Below are positions 1-13,941 of a stretch of 64,000 nt of DNA, in pieces. Under the pieces are notes generated by a model, which made no database searches, had not been told where the DNA came from, and worked only from the letters and a program-made list of their open reading frames with translations. Source of the DNA: Tubulanus polymorphus (taxonomy: Eukaryota > Animalia > Nemertea); contig NC_134026.1 of the NCBI RefSeq assembly GCF_964204645.1, positions 11,059,950-11,123,949 of the forward strand. Direction: 5' to 3'. Position 1 is the first letter of the stretch. Each line of letters opens with the position of its first letter. Made by a program: the position numbers and the translations under genes.

Positions 1-422
1 GATTTGTTTTATACTTGTAGAGTGTACATCATGTATTTAAGTGGAACGCAATGATTTAAAAAAATGATTGGACCTACCTTTCTGCGCAGTATACACGTAC
101 GTACGTAGATCCGAAGCCAGCTGCGCAGTACCGGCACAACACGCGCAACAGTGAACTCTGGTGAGGGGCACAGGCATTAATCTAACGGCTGGAATGCTGA
201 AATGTGTCAGATGTTTCTGTCAATGAAGGAATGGAAATTTGAACCCTAATCTAACACTAGCGCCACATAGATGATGGTGACCTAAACTGCAGTTGGACCA
301 TAAACAGAGCACAAAAACCCTCCTTTATGAAACCTTATATTTGAAGACAACTACGCTTGGGACACTAGGACACAACACTTTCTTACAAGACAATCTATAT
401 ACTTCGTGGACATAACAAACGT

Positions 423-695
<273 letters not shown>

Positions 696-998
696 ACTTT
701 TTCAATACAACAAGCAAACAAGCACACATTTCACTCTGTCCCCCGTAGAACCGGTTTAACGACTTAAGTGTATGTGTACACGGCGATCACAGTATAAGAA
801 GTTCGTACCGACCATGTTAGGTTTCACGTTTCGCCGAAATGACCAAAATGAATAGACAGAATGGTCAAAATGTCATGACTTGTTATGTAAGCGGTTGCGT
901 TGGTTATTTATGGACGTTACAACGTGGCGACGACCCCGAGACCAGAAATTTCGTCAGTCCGGGCTGGAATTCGTCGGGAACTGTTTGGACGTAATAAA

Positions 999-3309
999 AT
1001 GGTAAGCAAGTCATTTATTTGTATGCAATCATTGGAAAATACACGACTGATCGCATTCGTTAAAAATAATTGATACTTTTATAATTGATAAAGTTTGATT
1101 TTTTCAGAGGTTTTTTTACTGTCTACTGGTTTGGATTGGCGTTACATGTTACGTTAGTTGTATGTCCATTGCTTTAAATATACGTGATTTTGAATGCAGT
1201 TGCTGGTCTCTTACAACGATTAATTATGTCATCGTTATTTGTAGATGCTTGCAAAGAGTACCAACCTGACGGCAGCTGTGTCGACTTAGAAAATGAATAT
1301 GACGGTGACAAAAATGAAGACGAGAAGAAAAAGTATATCGAAAGCCCATCGAAGAAAGGTAAGTAGGCCTACGTATAATGAATTTTGTGAAATTGTAAGC
1401 GATAATTTTTTAGATTATCGTGTTTGCTGATATGCGTATCTTTTTAGGTGAAACAACACCGCATTGGACCTACCACGGCGAACATGGTCAGTTGTACACG
1501 ACAATAAAGTACACGAAATTTAGCATATCGTTTTTTTCCATTCCAAATGTTTGCTATTTCTGAATAGGTCCCGCTTCGTGGCACAAAATAAATCCAGCAT
1601 GCGACGCTCACTGGAATCAGAGACAGTCACCTATTGACTTCGTAAAGAGAAGAACCATCATTGATAGTGACTTGGGGAAACTTCAACTAGTTAACTTCGA
1701 TCTCGTTCCTGAGGGATTGTTTGAAATAAGGAATGATGGGCATTCAGGTACTTAATGGCCATATTAGGGACCAAATACATTGACCCAAGGGTTTTTACGT
1801 GTATATTTTGGAAATGTATATGCATATATCTAATTTCCCGGCTCTCCATAGCGATCACATTGATGGCCTGGGCTAGACCGAGTGATCTAACGAAATCTCC
1901 AGCAGCATACACGCACACCGTACTGCTTTTTATTATTCACTATCTAGATCATGCACTTTAGCGACATAGACTCATTAACTCAAAATACTAAAATTGGAAA
2001 ATAAATTACTGACACGCATGCATGATCCCGTCTTTTACAGTACGTATATCTCTCGCGCATTATAACTCAGTGAAACCTTTTATTCGTGTTCCTATTTATT
2101 TCCAATGGCGACTCAGACAGATGGTGTCCGTGACGAATTGGCCAATGTTAGATTTATTTTATTTACTTCTTCTTAAGTCGTTGTGACATTGACACCGGAT
2201 TGGTTTCACACCAAGGCAGTTCATTTACCACCTGGGACATTTAGCGCCGCGCAGTTTCACTTTCATTGGGGAAGTCAAAAACATCTTGGATCAGAACATC
2301 TTATTCAAGGAAAACAGTACCACGCCGAAGTATCAAAATTGTCTCAAAAATTGTATTGTTAGAGTAATCGATATAAACTGATTCGAATGAACATGTTTTT
2401 GTGGTTTCTTTCAGATGCATATCGTTCACTTCAATCTAAAATACGGGACCTTGGCCGAGGCCGCTAAATACCCTGATGGTCTTCTTGTTTTGGGAGTCTG
2501 GCTTGAGGTATGTCGTAATTTGCGTGAGTGGGTCTTCCAAGAGAATTATCGGTGCGGCTCATTTGAAATCGAATTGCTAATCAGAAAGATTAACGCATAT
2601 TAATTCGAGTCAGCGTATGTCTTCTGGATTGACAGAAGAGATACATCGTTGAAAATACCACAAAGCACCACAGTTATGTAATTCGTCATATATATTTTTT
2701 AATTTGTTTTTGCATATTTCAATTTCATAGACAACTGACACGGTACCTGCGAATCAGGCGTATAACCTGGTTTTGGATCACTTTTCAAAAGTTCAGTATG
2801 AAGGTTGGTAGGACTTCAGATTGATTTCCCTCAGTCAAGAGTAAAATGCATTAATTTTTAAAATGCAAAATTCTTATATAGACCATAAAAGTGGCATGCC
2901 CGGATTCGCGATCGGAAAATTACTGCCAACAAACGTCGACAGATATTTCAAATACGAAGGTGGTTTAACTACCCCTGGCTGTCTGGGTAGCGTAACGTGG
3001 ATCGTTTTCAGGGAACCAGTCCAACTGTCTAAGGGTCAGGTAACGTTGATTTCGTGTAGACATACCAAAAATAAACGACTGAAACATTTCTTTTTCAAAA
3101 GTAATGACTGAAAACTGCTCATAAATGCACGTTTGATTGATTCTATTTCACAGATGAATATGTTCTACTCATTGAAGGCTAGTCATGACAATGAACCGAT
3201 TGAATATTTACTAAACAACTTCCGTCCAGTACAAGATCTCGGATCACGCGTCATATTCGACACACAGGCAGACGACGACCGAGTCGCTAAAATTCCAAAT
3301 ATTCAGTAA
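999..3309 (+). CDS. Secreted alpha-carbonic anhydrase, 10 coding exons, 339 aa
   Basis: Exons 999-1001 (ATG only), 1108-1159, 1245-1358, 1448-1486, 1568-1747, 2178-2329, 2415-2507, 2731-2803, 2882-3039, 3154-3309 (TAA). All introns are GT-AG with matching phases; total 1020 nt. Motifs: signal-peptide-like MRFFYCLLVWIGVTCYVSYA, HWTYHGEHGPASW, QSPID, NDGHS (proton-shuttle His), QFHFHWG and EMHIVH (three Zn-binding His), GSEH, YEGGLTTPGC, NNFRPVQ. The first three exons are less certain than the catalytic domain. Confidence 0.93.
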
Positions 3310-4736
3310 TGGGAGCAATCACTTTCGTTTGGATACATTAGGAAAATAACTAAGCTAGCTTTAAAGAACTTAACCCGGGTTTTTAACATTCTAAAAAATC
3401 GAACCATAACGTGTAACTACGACTTATACCCGCTCCTTTTAAGATGATAATCTTATTGTCGAATATTGCTTTTTTTGTGAATTATGAAACATACTGTTCT
3501 CGTAAATCCATTTCGATACTTACACCAGGTTTTGCTCCAAGATTGTAGCGTGGGCCTATATATTAATCAAATTATGATCTAGGCTTTCGAGTAATCTCCG
3601 AGCGTTCAGTATATATATATATAAGTATTATTAGATCTCAAATATGCGGGCAAGATTCTCTCATTCTCATCGTGATCAATGAGTAACACTCATGGGTAGA
3701 AACATCACGAAAACATGTATCTGAAAGTTGTGTGCTTAGAATGCATTGATTATCCCATCGGCTTACTCCATCTTTAATAATAAAAAAAAACGTTCGATCC
3801 GTTATGTAATGCAATGTGTCTTTAAATGCCGTTTATGCTGTTGTGTTTGTGCCATGACCTTATCTTTTAAACGATCCATACGAGAAGATTTAGTGCTGTG
3901 CCATTTGCATAATGCGTTGACAAGATGATCTACTCCCGTGGGCATTAAATGACGTCAACGGCGGCCAAACAGGACGGCTGCACGAACATATCAAGTATTT
4001 TCCAGCACATAAACAACCGATAATTGTATCTGCAGAATCCGGCTAAGCGAATAATCTGTACACTTCGCATGCCGTAACATCATCGCCGCGAGGGGATAAC
4101 TGAGAAGATCGAACTTTTGTAGATTGAGGTTCAAGCCCTTATGAAAGCAACATTTCAATTTACAAAAAAAGAAACGTGACAATTTTTGGGAAAGCTTTTT
4201 TCCGTTTGTCATGGCATTATAGATTAAGTATGAATCGTGGGGCATGCATAGATCACGAGTCAACTCACCAGTTTAAATAACAACGGTCTAGGCCTATAGC
4301 CCGAGTCTAGCCGATCTTAAAGTTGATCACAAATTATAGATACAAAATTCAAATCTAGCATTAACAAAACTTACACAGTGAAAATTGATTTGGTGGACGT
4401 ACGGCAGTAATATAATTGTGTGAGCTTTGATTCTTTTAAAAAGGCGCTAGCTCTGCTGTGAAGGGGAGTCCTGACCTTCTGAAGCACTCCCGATTCCGCC
4501 ACTGGCTACACTGTGGTAGGAAAAATTTTGAAGATAATATAAAACATCTTTCTGATAGCCGTTAATGGGTCCATTTTGTGTGTTTGTTTCGAAAGACGAT
4601 TGTTCGCATTATATGAACCGAAAAAACCAAAATATTGTGCTCAAGTAAAAACAACATTGCAATGGGAATCATTCTCGGGAAATGGACCAGATAAAGGCAT
4701 TCGTATGATACGTTGAAAAAAACCCACAATCAGAAG

Positions 4737-5818
4737 AACTAGGGGTCCAGGGACACCATGCCCACTTGGGAAGTGGTTTCCAATGCTCAACAATCTAACA
4801 ATTTCAATATTCAACGCCCCCTGGTGACCATATACAAAAACCAATGATCTTGAACCTCACCACAATCATAGAACATGTCAGCAGCTACGATTTTGTAATT
4901 GATTGTGATAACAAAATATGTCTCGTTACCAATTCAATATGGAAATACTAAGTATTCTACTATTCAACGCCCCCTGGTGACCATATTTAAAACCATAGAA
5001 CATGTCATAAACTACAACTTTGCAATTGATCATGGTAACAAAATATGCCTAGGTACCAATCTAATAAGGAAATACTAAGTCATTCTACTATTCAACGTCC
5101 CCTGGGTCCAGTTCCACAGTTCTGAGTTAAGATTTGACCCTGGGTTAAAACATTGAAAATGGACTAACTTTAACTCAGAGTTAACTTTAACTCACAACTG
5201 TGGAACTGGGTCCTAGAATAACTAATGTCCTTAAAACTCACCACAATCATAGATGATGTCATGAGCTACAACTTTGCAATTAATTGTGGTAACAAAATAT
5301 GCTTAGGTATCAATATAATGTGGAAAAACTTTTTCCGAACCTACCAATGAGTACTGATGATACCAAGATGGCCACCAATTGCGTCACAATTGGCCGATCA
5401 AAAAGACCTGGCTCAGGTATAAAACAACCCTCTCCAAAGAATACCCATCACAAATTGCAAGGAGAAATGGCAAACCAGTAGGAAGCTACATGACTCAGAA
5501 ATTGGGCCAAAATTGACATTTTTGGGCACTAAAAAGGTCATAGGACGGCCATCTTGAGTCCGATCGACCCAATTTTTCTTATGGTGATGGGCCCTTGGGG
5601 GATCCAAATATATACGAAAGATCAAGGTAATTGATTTAAGCGTCTTCAAAATTTCCCTCAAAAAGTGTAAAAAGTGCTGATTTTGACGAACAACAATGGC
5701 CACCTGTCGACCATCTTGATTCTGAAGGTGTGTCTAGGGTAGATACAGGTATAAACCAAATATCAAGACATTACCTTGAAGCGTCTTCAAAACTTCCCAA
5801 AATAACTGGAATCCGTCT
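4737..5818 (+). mobile_element. Helentron/HINE-like non-autonomous element, copy 1 (3' truncated, 3 internal repeat units, nested MITE)
   Basis: Collinear with 45555-46833 from AACTAGGGGTCCAGGGACACCATGCCCACTTGGG to ATAACTGGAATCCGTCT. Repeat units start at about 4812, 4965 and 5093. It lacks the (ACGG)n tract and terminal hairpin of copy 2. Confidence 0.8.
5105..5212 (-). mobile_element. 108-bp MITE (PIF/Harbinger-like) nested in the HINE
   Basis: TIRs GGTCCAGTTCCACAGTT / AACTGTGGAACTGGGTC. It is the reverse complement of the 108-bp copy at 26611-26718, inserted after CTG, and absent from the matching position of HINE copy 2. Confidence 0.8.
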
Positions 5819-6018
5819 GGTGTGGTCAGTAGCCCTTCATAAGACGCTTGTATTGATGTATCAGGATTATGATTAGGATTTACACCATTTTTATGGTATA
5901 TGGGGGGAGACTACTCTACTAAATATACAATATTTACAAAACAATAGAAAATATAAACCTTAATGCAATATAAGAAAGTTATTAACAATACATACGTACA
6001 CTATTTACAATATACTAA

Positions 6019-6330
6019 CTACTGGACAGATCTATATACATCTAACCTTTTTTTTAAAGAATTTAGCGACTGAGTTGTTGGATATTTCAAAATATCAAGA
6101 TTACCAAATGGGTTGATAAAATGTAATTCATTACCTAGAATACCACAAGCGGAACATAATCTATCATCTCTATCTAATTGAAGATTTGATAATTTATTTA
6201 CAGGTAATAGATAAAACCCAATTCTAAATTCGAATAAGCGTGTTGCTAAATCATCATCGAGTTGACTAATGAACCTTTGTATTTTGATATGATTTGAATT
6301 TCCTAACATCAATGTATTTCGGATAAGCAT
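6019..6330 (-). mobile_element. Decayed non-LTR retrotransposon ORF2 C-terminal fragment
   Basis: RLFEFRIGFYLLPV...DRLCSACGILGNELHF resembles the FRxxxxxL...RxCxxC...ExHF C-terminal motif of LINE ORF2 proteins. The clade cannot be assigned by eye. Confidence 0.55.
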
Positions 6331-6975
6331 CTATAAGTATGGTTCTCCATTATAGCGCCACCAACTAAACGCTGGAAAAAACGGCTTATCGCCTACTGTA
6401 GGCCTAATCGACCCGCATAATACGTATAGGCCTTTCGGAAGTTGTCCAGGCGACGTATTACGATGTCACGTTGATTCACATGTATATGTGAATCCGTTCA
6501 TCGTATTCGGTCGACAAGAGAATATTAAATCACCGAAACGCTTCGATACATCCGCACATGCCAAGCCCATGGGATTTCACCATCATTATTCAACTGCAAC
6601 CTTAGTTAGATTGTCGGATGTTTTCGTTGACGGAGAATTGACTCTAACAATTCTCGTTAAAATTGATATCGTGGGGAAATAGAAAAAAGGTTACAATTCA
6701 GTCTAATCCGAACCAAAGCGAGTCCCTTAATCATGCTCGATCTGAGACGTCGATTGAAATACGGTAACATATTACGTTAGCAGACATGACGATTGGTGGA
6801 TGTAGAGAGTTACGCAAATAGATACATGGAGATGAAAAATACCGTACACCCTACAGATCATATACACATGTATTACGATTAGAAAACAAATGTCATTGTT
6901 TTACATGATGTGGTGAGTTATGGCCGTGATCTTTTCTCTTATTGGAGAAAGCGAATGCTCGAAGCTTTACTCATG

Positions 6976-7297
6976 CATCCTCCAACGGCAACTGCACTCA
7001 GCCACGGCACGAAACCCCTGCCACAGTAGACCGGGTGCGGAGGTATATGCGCAGCTTTGCCGCGCGAAAACTTGCGGCACCAATCAGATTGCTTGTTTTA
7101 TGATCGCTGAGGTAAATTTCACGGAAGAATTATAAATGGGAAAACCCGGGCTAGATTAAAACGGGATTTACGGATCCGTGGCTGACAATGACATCATCTA
7201 AGCTGCGCGTGTAGCTGCGCACTCGGTCTAGCGTGGCAGAGTTTCGTAATGTGGCAATCTCGATGCATCAGGTTCGAATCCCTGCCGGGGGAGGATG
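6976..7297. mobile_element. MITE with long imperfect TIRs containing tRNA-like B-box motifs, copy A
   Basis: Ends CATCCTCCAACGGCA...TGCCGGGGGAGGATG. Flanks TACTCATG / TACTCGTA (6/8, decayed 8-bp TSD). Homologous in inverted orientation to 34484-34691. Confidence 0.75.
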
Positions 7298-9834
7298 TAC
7301 TCGTATGAAGATACACATAAATACTATAACAAAAAATATCGGTTATTATGGACATGATAATGAGTTACGAGGAAGGCGAATGCTTCAAGTGTTACTCGTA
7401 TGCAGAGATATTCGCAAGCTCACATTCATCCGGTTACTTGGTCTGTATCGATCGTGCTGGGAGAAATATCTTAGCGACTTGACATTTTACTCAGATGGTT
7501 TAAGTGCGAAGATCGATATAGAAATGTCATCGTTTTGATAACGCCATCAACCACTCTTAGTTTCATTTACAGCACCATCGACCCGTATAACGCATTCTTT
7601 TTGATGGATATCCGCTCTTATGCAGTTTGGCTGATTGCAGTAAAATCGAAATTTCAATAGGGAATTTCGACTGAAGAAAAATCATGCTTATCGAATCTAA
7701 AAAAAAGATGAAACATAGACAAGGTTATGACAAATTATGAATTGGCGAATTGGCTTGCTGCAGAAGTTCATCATGAAAAACAACTCGGTTATGAAAGACA
7801 ACATTCAAAACAAGTATGATTATTTATCTACACTTACATGCGCAGAATTGTTTAGCTTGCCTATCTGAATTCAAATTAGTTCCTTTTTCATTTTATGTAT
7901 TTAAAGGTTCATTGAGATATATTGAGGATGTTCTTCTGGAAAGCTAAATAAATACATTTTGATTGAACGTGAATGCAAATTTCTTCAGCTTCCAAACACT
8001 CTCGAAACGAATCATGCGGTAAGAAATAAATCATATAATCAGCGAACTAGCTGCCAGTCATATATTATTCATCCTCGCCTTGGCTCAATGTTAGTCCTCA
8101 GTACATATTTCATCAGTAGCAAAGTCAGTTTTGAAGGTAGTTTTTGTTTTAATCAATTAAAGCATGAGTTATATAAACAAGTATCAATGACCTGATTCTA
8201 TGACGACGAAGAACCTCTTAACCTCAAGTTAGTAACTCGTGTATATATAAGTATAAGATATAATCGCCCTTCCAGACCTTTGATTAGCCACATGCCAAAG
8301 TTGGAGCAATTGATTTTCTAATGAGAGACCACAGACAAAGATAAGACATCTCACGAGTGTATTTCGATCACAACTTTTAATTGAAAAATAAAACAGAAAA
8401 ATTATAAGATCAAATATATCTAAAATCCTGACAGGATCTAAAAGAGAACAAGAGACACGGTTAAATCTATTGCTCGTAATATGTATATTTGAAAAACTGC
8501 AATTCAATTCAATGTTATCTTGCACCGCAATAAATCGATAGTTCGGCAGTCGTGATAAATCCGCGGGAGGCCTCCACCGCCACCCCCTCCGCGAGTTATT
8601 CTAATTGAAGTAACTATCGAAATCTTTTAATGCTTCCTAACTCAGTTAAGTCCGGGTGGGGTTGATGTTGCAATAGCTTTGCGGGAGCGGTGAGATCGTT
8701 TGCATAGAAGGAAATAGCTACGGGTGGGTTCTAAATAATTCTGATCAAATTCATCAGCTATTTCCTTTCCGGGGATTCACTCGTGGACTCAAAAAACGTA
8801 TCGATTCACTTTAAAAAGAACAACCCCGGCATTTTCACTCTCAAGCCAAACTACGGAAGAAAAATACGGCTTATAACCATGATCGAAAAATAGGTAATCA
8901 TGTATAATTATCTCATTTCCATTCATATACGTTCCTTCACCAATAATAGAGTTCATAGCGAGAGGCTCTTGAGAGTCCCATTATCACCCCTCAAGAGCGA
9001 TGTAATCGCACAGTGAAACGAAAGTGTTATCCCTTCGGGGAAATTTCCGATTCCTTGTTTACGGACGTATTCGTTTTGTATTCGATGAAGTGTCGCTTTG
9101 CATTTTCATCAACAGCAAGGGAAATTAATAAGGTCACCAAGAAAAGCTATGATTAAACTTCGATTCCCAAGAATGTTTTTCCACTGTACAGTAATCTGTC
9201 TTGTTTTATAAAACCTGCTTTTAAAAAACGTTAGCAAATTTAATCTGTTTGCTGAAATTAGATTTTATCTTCGGCAACGCAATGCGAATCACAATGAGGA
9301 AGACAAACATGCTGGGAAATTTGTACGCGTGGTTATCAGTTCCATGGTGAATGAGAAGCAGGTCCCTTCATATGGTTGCTATGGATTGGGCAGACGATTG
9401 TTGATGACTACTTAGAAAGCAATCGTTGAAGTGGAAATAATGTGTAGGGCCTAGCCTGCATTGCCTGCCGATCGTGCGTGCCCTTTAAGAACTATGGAAA
9501 TTAGTCAACCAAACGAAAATAGGATGGCTTCTCAAAAAACCTTGTCTCGAAGTGTAATACATGTTATTAAGTCTAACTAGCAATGTACCTGTTCAAATAG
9601 ACGGATGGGTAGAGGAAAATAAAGGTTGAAACATGGCGAAGCGTGTTCAGTATTGACTTGGATGGACGACCAGAATCTTAAAAGAATTGAAACAATCATT
9701 TCCATTTGCATTGACGTGCGTTAAATGTGGTTACGCAAGTTCGATACAAAAACATCCATTCCTAAGGTACGTATACTGACTAACCCACGAAAACCACAAG
9801 GATTTCTATGAAACTGCAAATTTTCAATTCATGC

Positions 9835-10002
9835 ATCACGCGTTTTATACGTGTGTTGTCCCACAGAGCATTCCCGCGCTCACGAACACATAAACAACCA
9901 CTAGAGTAATCTGGTACATACCCATGCCCGTGGAGACCATGTGATACCGGAACTTGATAACACGGGAGTCGAATGCCAAAATGCTCTACTAACTGGGTCA
10001 TT
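9835..10002 (-). mobile_element. Possible decayed tRNA-derived SINE
   Basis: The minus strand has A-box-like TGACCCAGTTAGTAGAGCA and B-box-like TTCGACTCCC, but the spacing is short and there is no second copy. Confidence 0.25.
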
Positions 10003-13000
10003 GCGGCTGCTACACTGTAAAATTGTTTTGATATGATATGATATTGTTTTGAGTGTATTGCATATTGGAATTCTTGCTAAATGATTGGCTGAAATATTGT
10101 CCCCCCCCCCCCATATGTTCACATTCGTGTAAATAGCTGTTGCATTACGTTATACAACGATTAGATTACCGCACAAAATTTCGAGGCCAATCGCATATCC
10201 GGTGACAGTAGCTGGTAGGCGATAGTTTCCCGTAATATATAGATCCGATTAGATGCTTACGAATTATTCAACAAGTTTCAATAGGTTCAGTAATGGTTAG
10301 TACGATCGGATGACATCAATCCCAACATGTCACACTGTCACCCAATATTTCCCAACAGTCGATACTGTAATTGAAAAAAATATTCAAACGCCTTATTGTG
10401 GTTAACATATGGCGGTATCTGACGCTTACGAAACCAAACAACAACGATCTTCCTTTAGTGTGGATACATCGTTGGTGTTAGTAAATGGCCAAGAGAAATG
10501 ATAAAACAAAATGTATATTTAGTTTGTTGCAAGATGAAGAATATAATATCACACACGGCATTCTGCATTCAAGTGTCAGATTGAATAGATCCTTACCGAT
10601 TGTTTGGATATTTTCACCATTTCTTCTCCAAGCCTTTTCCATGTATGAAAGCGCATGGAGAGTTTAAGATTACCGTTTGGCGTTGACATCAAAGCTGTTT
10701 CGTCGCAGATGTTCTGTGACGACAGTCGATACCAATGTGCCACAGATTCGGAATTGTGTGTGTTTTGTACATTCATCATTGTAATATAATCGTGAATTTT
10801 TTACATCTATTTATTTAATTTTTAATCTATTTATTATCCACGTAAAAATGTTTGTGTTGGGGGATTTATACAATTCGAACTCTATGGCACCCGTATTTTA
10901 AGGCAACGTTTAGGAATGTTTTAAGAATGCGTTTACATGGCTCTTAAAAATAGATGCTGGTTGACGATTAAGTGAGATCGTCAAAATAAAAGCTTCCAGA
11001 GCATGATGGTGCTGCTGCATAAAAAATTAGATTACTCGCCGTTAAAAACGAACATAACTAGAATAGATATGATATTTCCCTCCTGCTTTCTACGCTATTC
11101 AATTCAGTTCCCCTGACTGGCAATTTTCGTCGTTTCAAAACACCAGGTTTAATCGTGTCCTGGAGACATCGAAATTTGTGCGTATAGGCTTGACCGATTT
11201 ATCCCTCCATTTTCGGAGAAGAAAGATACGTTTATACATGGATTTCCGACATGATTCCCGCTAAATGAAACAGTTACGTAACTGGACCGGAATCAAGCTC
11301 GATACAGGATTTTTTTTATTTTTCAGGATTTTTTTGAGAGTGCCAAACTTTAAACTGTACAGATGTCCTATTCTCCATCAAATTCCATACATTTCGACGT
11401 TCAAATCGTATTAAAAATGATCGATCGTTTCTTCATTCCATGTGGCTATGAGCAAGATGAATTGAAGCTATTTAAATGTGATCAGAAGATTTACTGCAAT
11501 ATCATTTATCGAAAATGAATCGGCGTTTTCATAAAACAAGGGTAGCAGTCCATTCGACGATAAGTAATCGTCAGTCAGAAATATTCTCACGAAATATTGC
11601 GATCATGTATGGTCGGTTGAACAGAGGTTTATTTCTTAATTCATTCAATATTCTTTCTATTCTTCTCGTTACATGGAAACAAGCATATGGCGCACGAAAA
11701 GGCGTTATTAATAAATTTAGAAACCACCAAATATAATAGTTTAACTTACAACATCTGTCCCCTGTACTGATTAGTGGCCAAATGTGCAGAAAAACTGACA
11801 ACTTGGTACAAACCAGTTATTCATGATTCATCGCTCACAAATGCAACTGTGGAATTCCTACACCCGCGAACAACCGGGACTCAGCAGAAATGCCAAAAGA
11901 GAATCATGCGCCAAACACTTAACAAATCATTACATAGATATTTCAGTCATTCCCTCTATCAAAAGTACAGAAAATAACAAGAAGTCCAAACAACCACGGA
12001 TATATACAGAAAATCGCTGCAAATGCGGATTTGGTGTGACACAAAGGTTCGTAATGCATGAATTATTCCAACAACCTTTAAATGGGACTTATATGAAAAT
12101 TCATCAACAATGGCGTCATTTCTTATCTTCAAAAACCCACAATAGCGATTTGATTATACTATATGGGGCTGGTAATTTAAGTGTAATCGCCTTATATTAT
12201 AGTTACGACCATCATCATTGAATTTCCCTGATCATGATTAGTTTATTAATGAACGATAACAATTCTGTTTTGCTAAAGGGTTAATTCAATTGCAAAATTT
12301 ACTAATGTATTATTATGCAACTTAGTTACAATTCAACTGTATTGAAATGATAGATCATTCGATAGCCATTTGATGTCCAAGTAAAGAAATTCACTGCTTC
12401 GTCTGTGAAACAACTAAGTAAGATGTTTCTTGAGTGTGACCAACCTCAGGAAGACAGCAATGGTTTTGTGAAGGAGGAGAAAACCCCAATACTACCTTCA
12501 CGATTATTGGAGTATCGAAGTGTCGGAGTATAGAAGCGTGCGGAGCATCGAAGCGTCTGAATATCGGGAGGTGCGTGTCTTGTGTATCAACGAAACCGTC
12601 ACAGAGCGGGAGTTTTCGCAGTCAGTCCTAACTTAGATGAAAGTTTTTTCTCTCCAAATGCTTCCATCCTTTCATAAGGAATAAATCAATTAACTTGTCA
12701 TCCCCAGAGACTGTATATACCTCTCATTTTTATTTTCTGCCTCAAGCCTGATAATAGTGTCTTTGTGAGCGAACGAAACGGTGCTTAAGATTTTCAAGTT
12801 TACGCTGATTTCATATGCGGGAACTTGCTCTACAACACATTCGAGGCCAAACTCGTGCCATCACGCCTGGATACATGGATGGTGACAAATCTCCTCCACT
12901 TAGTCCCCATGAGAGCAGTAGTCAGATTTAAGAAATGTTACGATACGAAGAGAGCTGCATTCGATCGGTATCAGGTTTGTCACAGATATCGATTCCGATC

Positions 13001-13484
13001 TCGGGCCAGTATCCTCGTTACACGGTGACTTAATAATGGCTTGGTTTCGGTGTCTCTTCGATTTCCGATGTTTGTAGCTAGCCGAGGTGATTGCTTAGCT
13101 CGAATTGCCTACGAATATGAAATACACGTCAGCACTCTTATCTATCTGATCATCTTTAATAAAACCTTGTAACACAATCACTTGAACAAGTTAATGAGTT
13201 AAGTTGAAACTTGAAATTACGAATTGGACAAATGATCCGATTATACTAGTTAATTAAGTTATGTTTACAGCCCATTTCCAACTGAAAAGACGTATATTAC
13301 AAAATGAAGACACTTGGCCACACTCGGGAAATTATCGTCACCTGACAACTGCCATTTACTTGCGGGACACCCCCTTTTCCTATCACACATCTCCCTGTCG
13401 TAATACTATCCCAGCGAAACATGTAATGACTCAACATAAATCGTTTACTCATATACTCATGCACTATCCATGCACATCCAGTTA

Positions 13485-13941
13485 AGCCTGGCACACACGA
13501 GGCAATTTTCAGTCGCCGGTTGCTGCGACCGATTTTTGAGCAACCGTTGAGTAATCGATCGCTAGGTGTCGCCCGTATGCGACCACTGGCGACGGAGAGG
13601 CGATTATCTTTCGCGCCAAACATTTTTATCATGTGACTTGTCAAGATGGCCACGCTACTAACCCGGGTGATGCCGTATTTGGAAGTATCACATGATACTT
13701 ATTCGTTTAGTCATTGGCTAGGTTGATGAGGTGCTCGTTGCTTGGCGTCTCCAGCTACCGCACACGGGCAACTCCCGAGCGATCGCCGAGCAATTTCTCG
13801 GCGACAAGCAATTTTCCGTCGCCCAATATCAAACGCTGTCGCCCCTTGCCGCAGACGAGCGATTTTTTTTTCGTTCGACGCCGAGCAATTCGGGCGGTTG
13901 CTCGAGAATTGCTCGAAACTGTCGCCCGTGTGCGCCAGGCT
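13485..13941. mobile_element. 457-bp PIF/Harbinger-type MITE
   Basis: 15-bp TIR AGCCTGGCACACACG / CGTGTGCGCCAGGCT (1 mismatch), TTA target duplication at 13482-13484 and 13942-13944, GC-rich subterminal GTCGCC and GAGCAATT repeats. Confidence 0.85.

Noticed and set aside
7205-7297. Possible tRNA gene (GGTTCGAATCC)
   Set aside because: No cloverleaf can be drawn; it is one arm of a TSD-flanked element.
8229-8525. Possible LINE RT relic (NTLVR...W)
   Set aside because: The similarity is too weak to call by eye.
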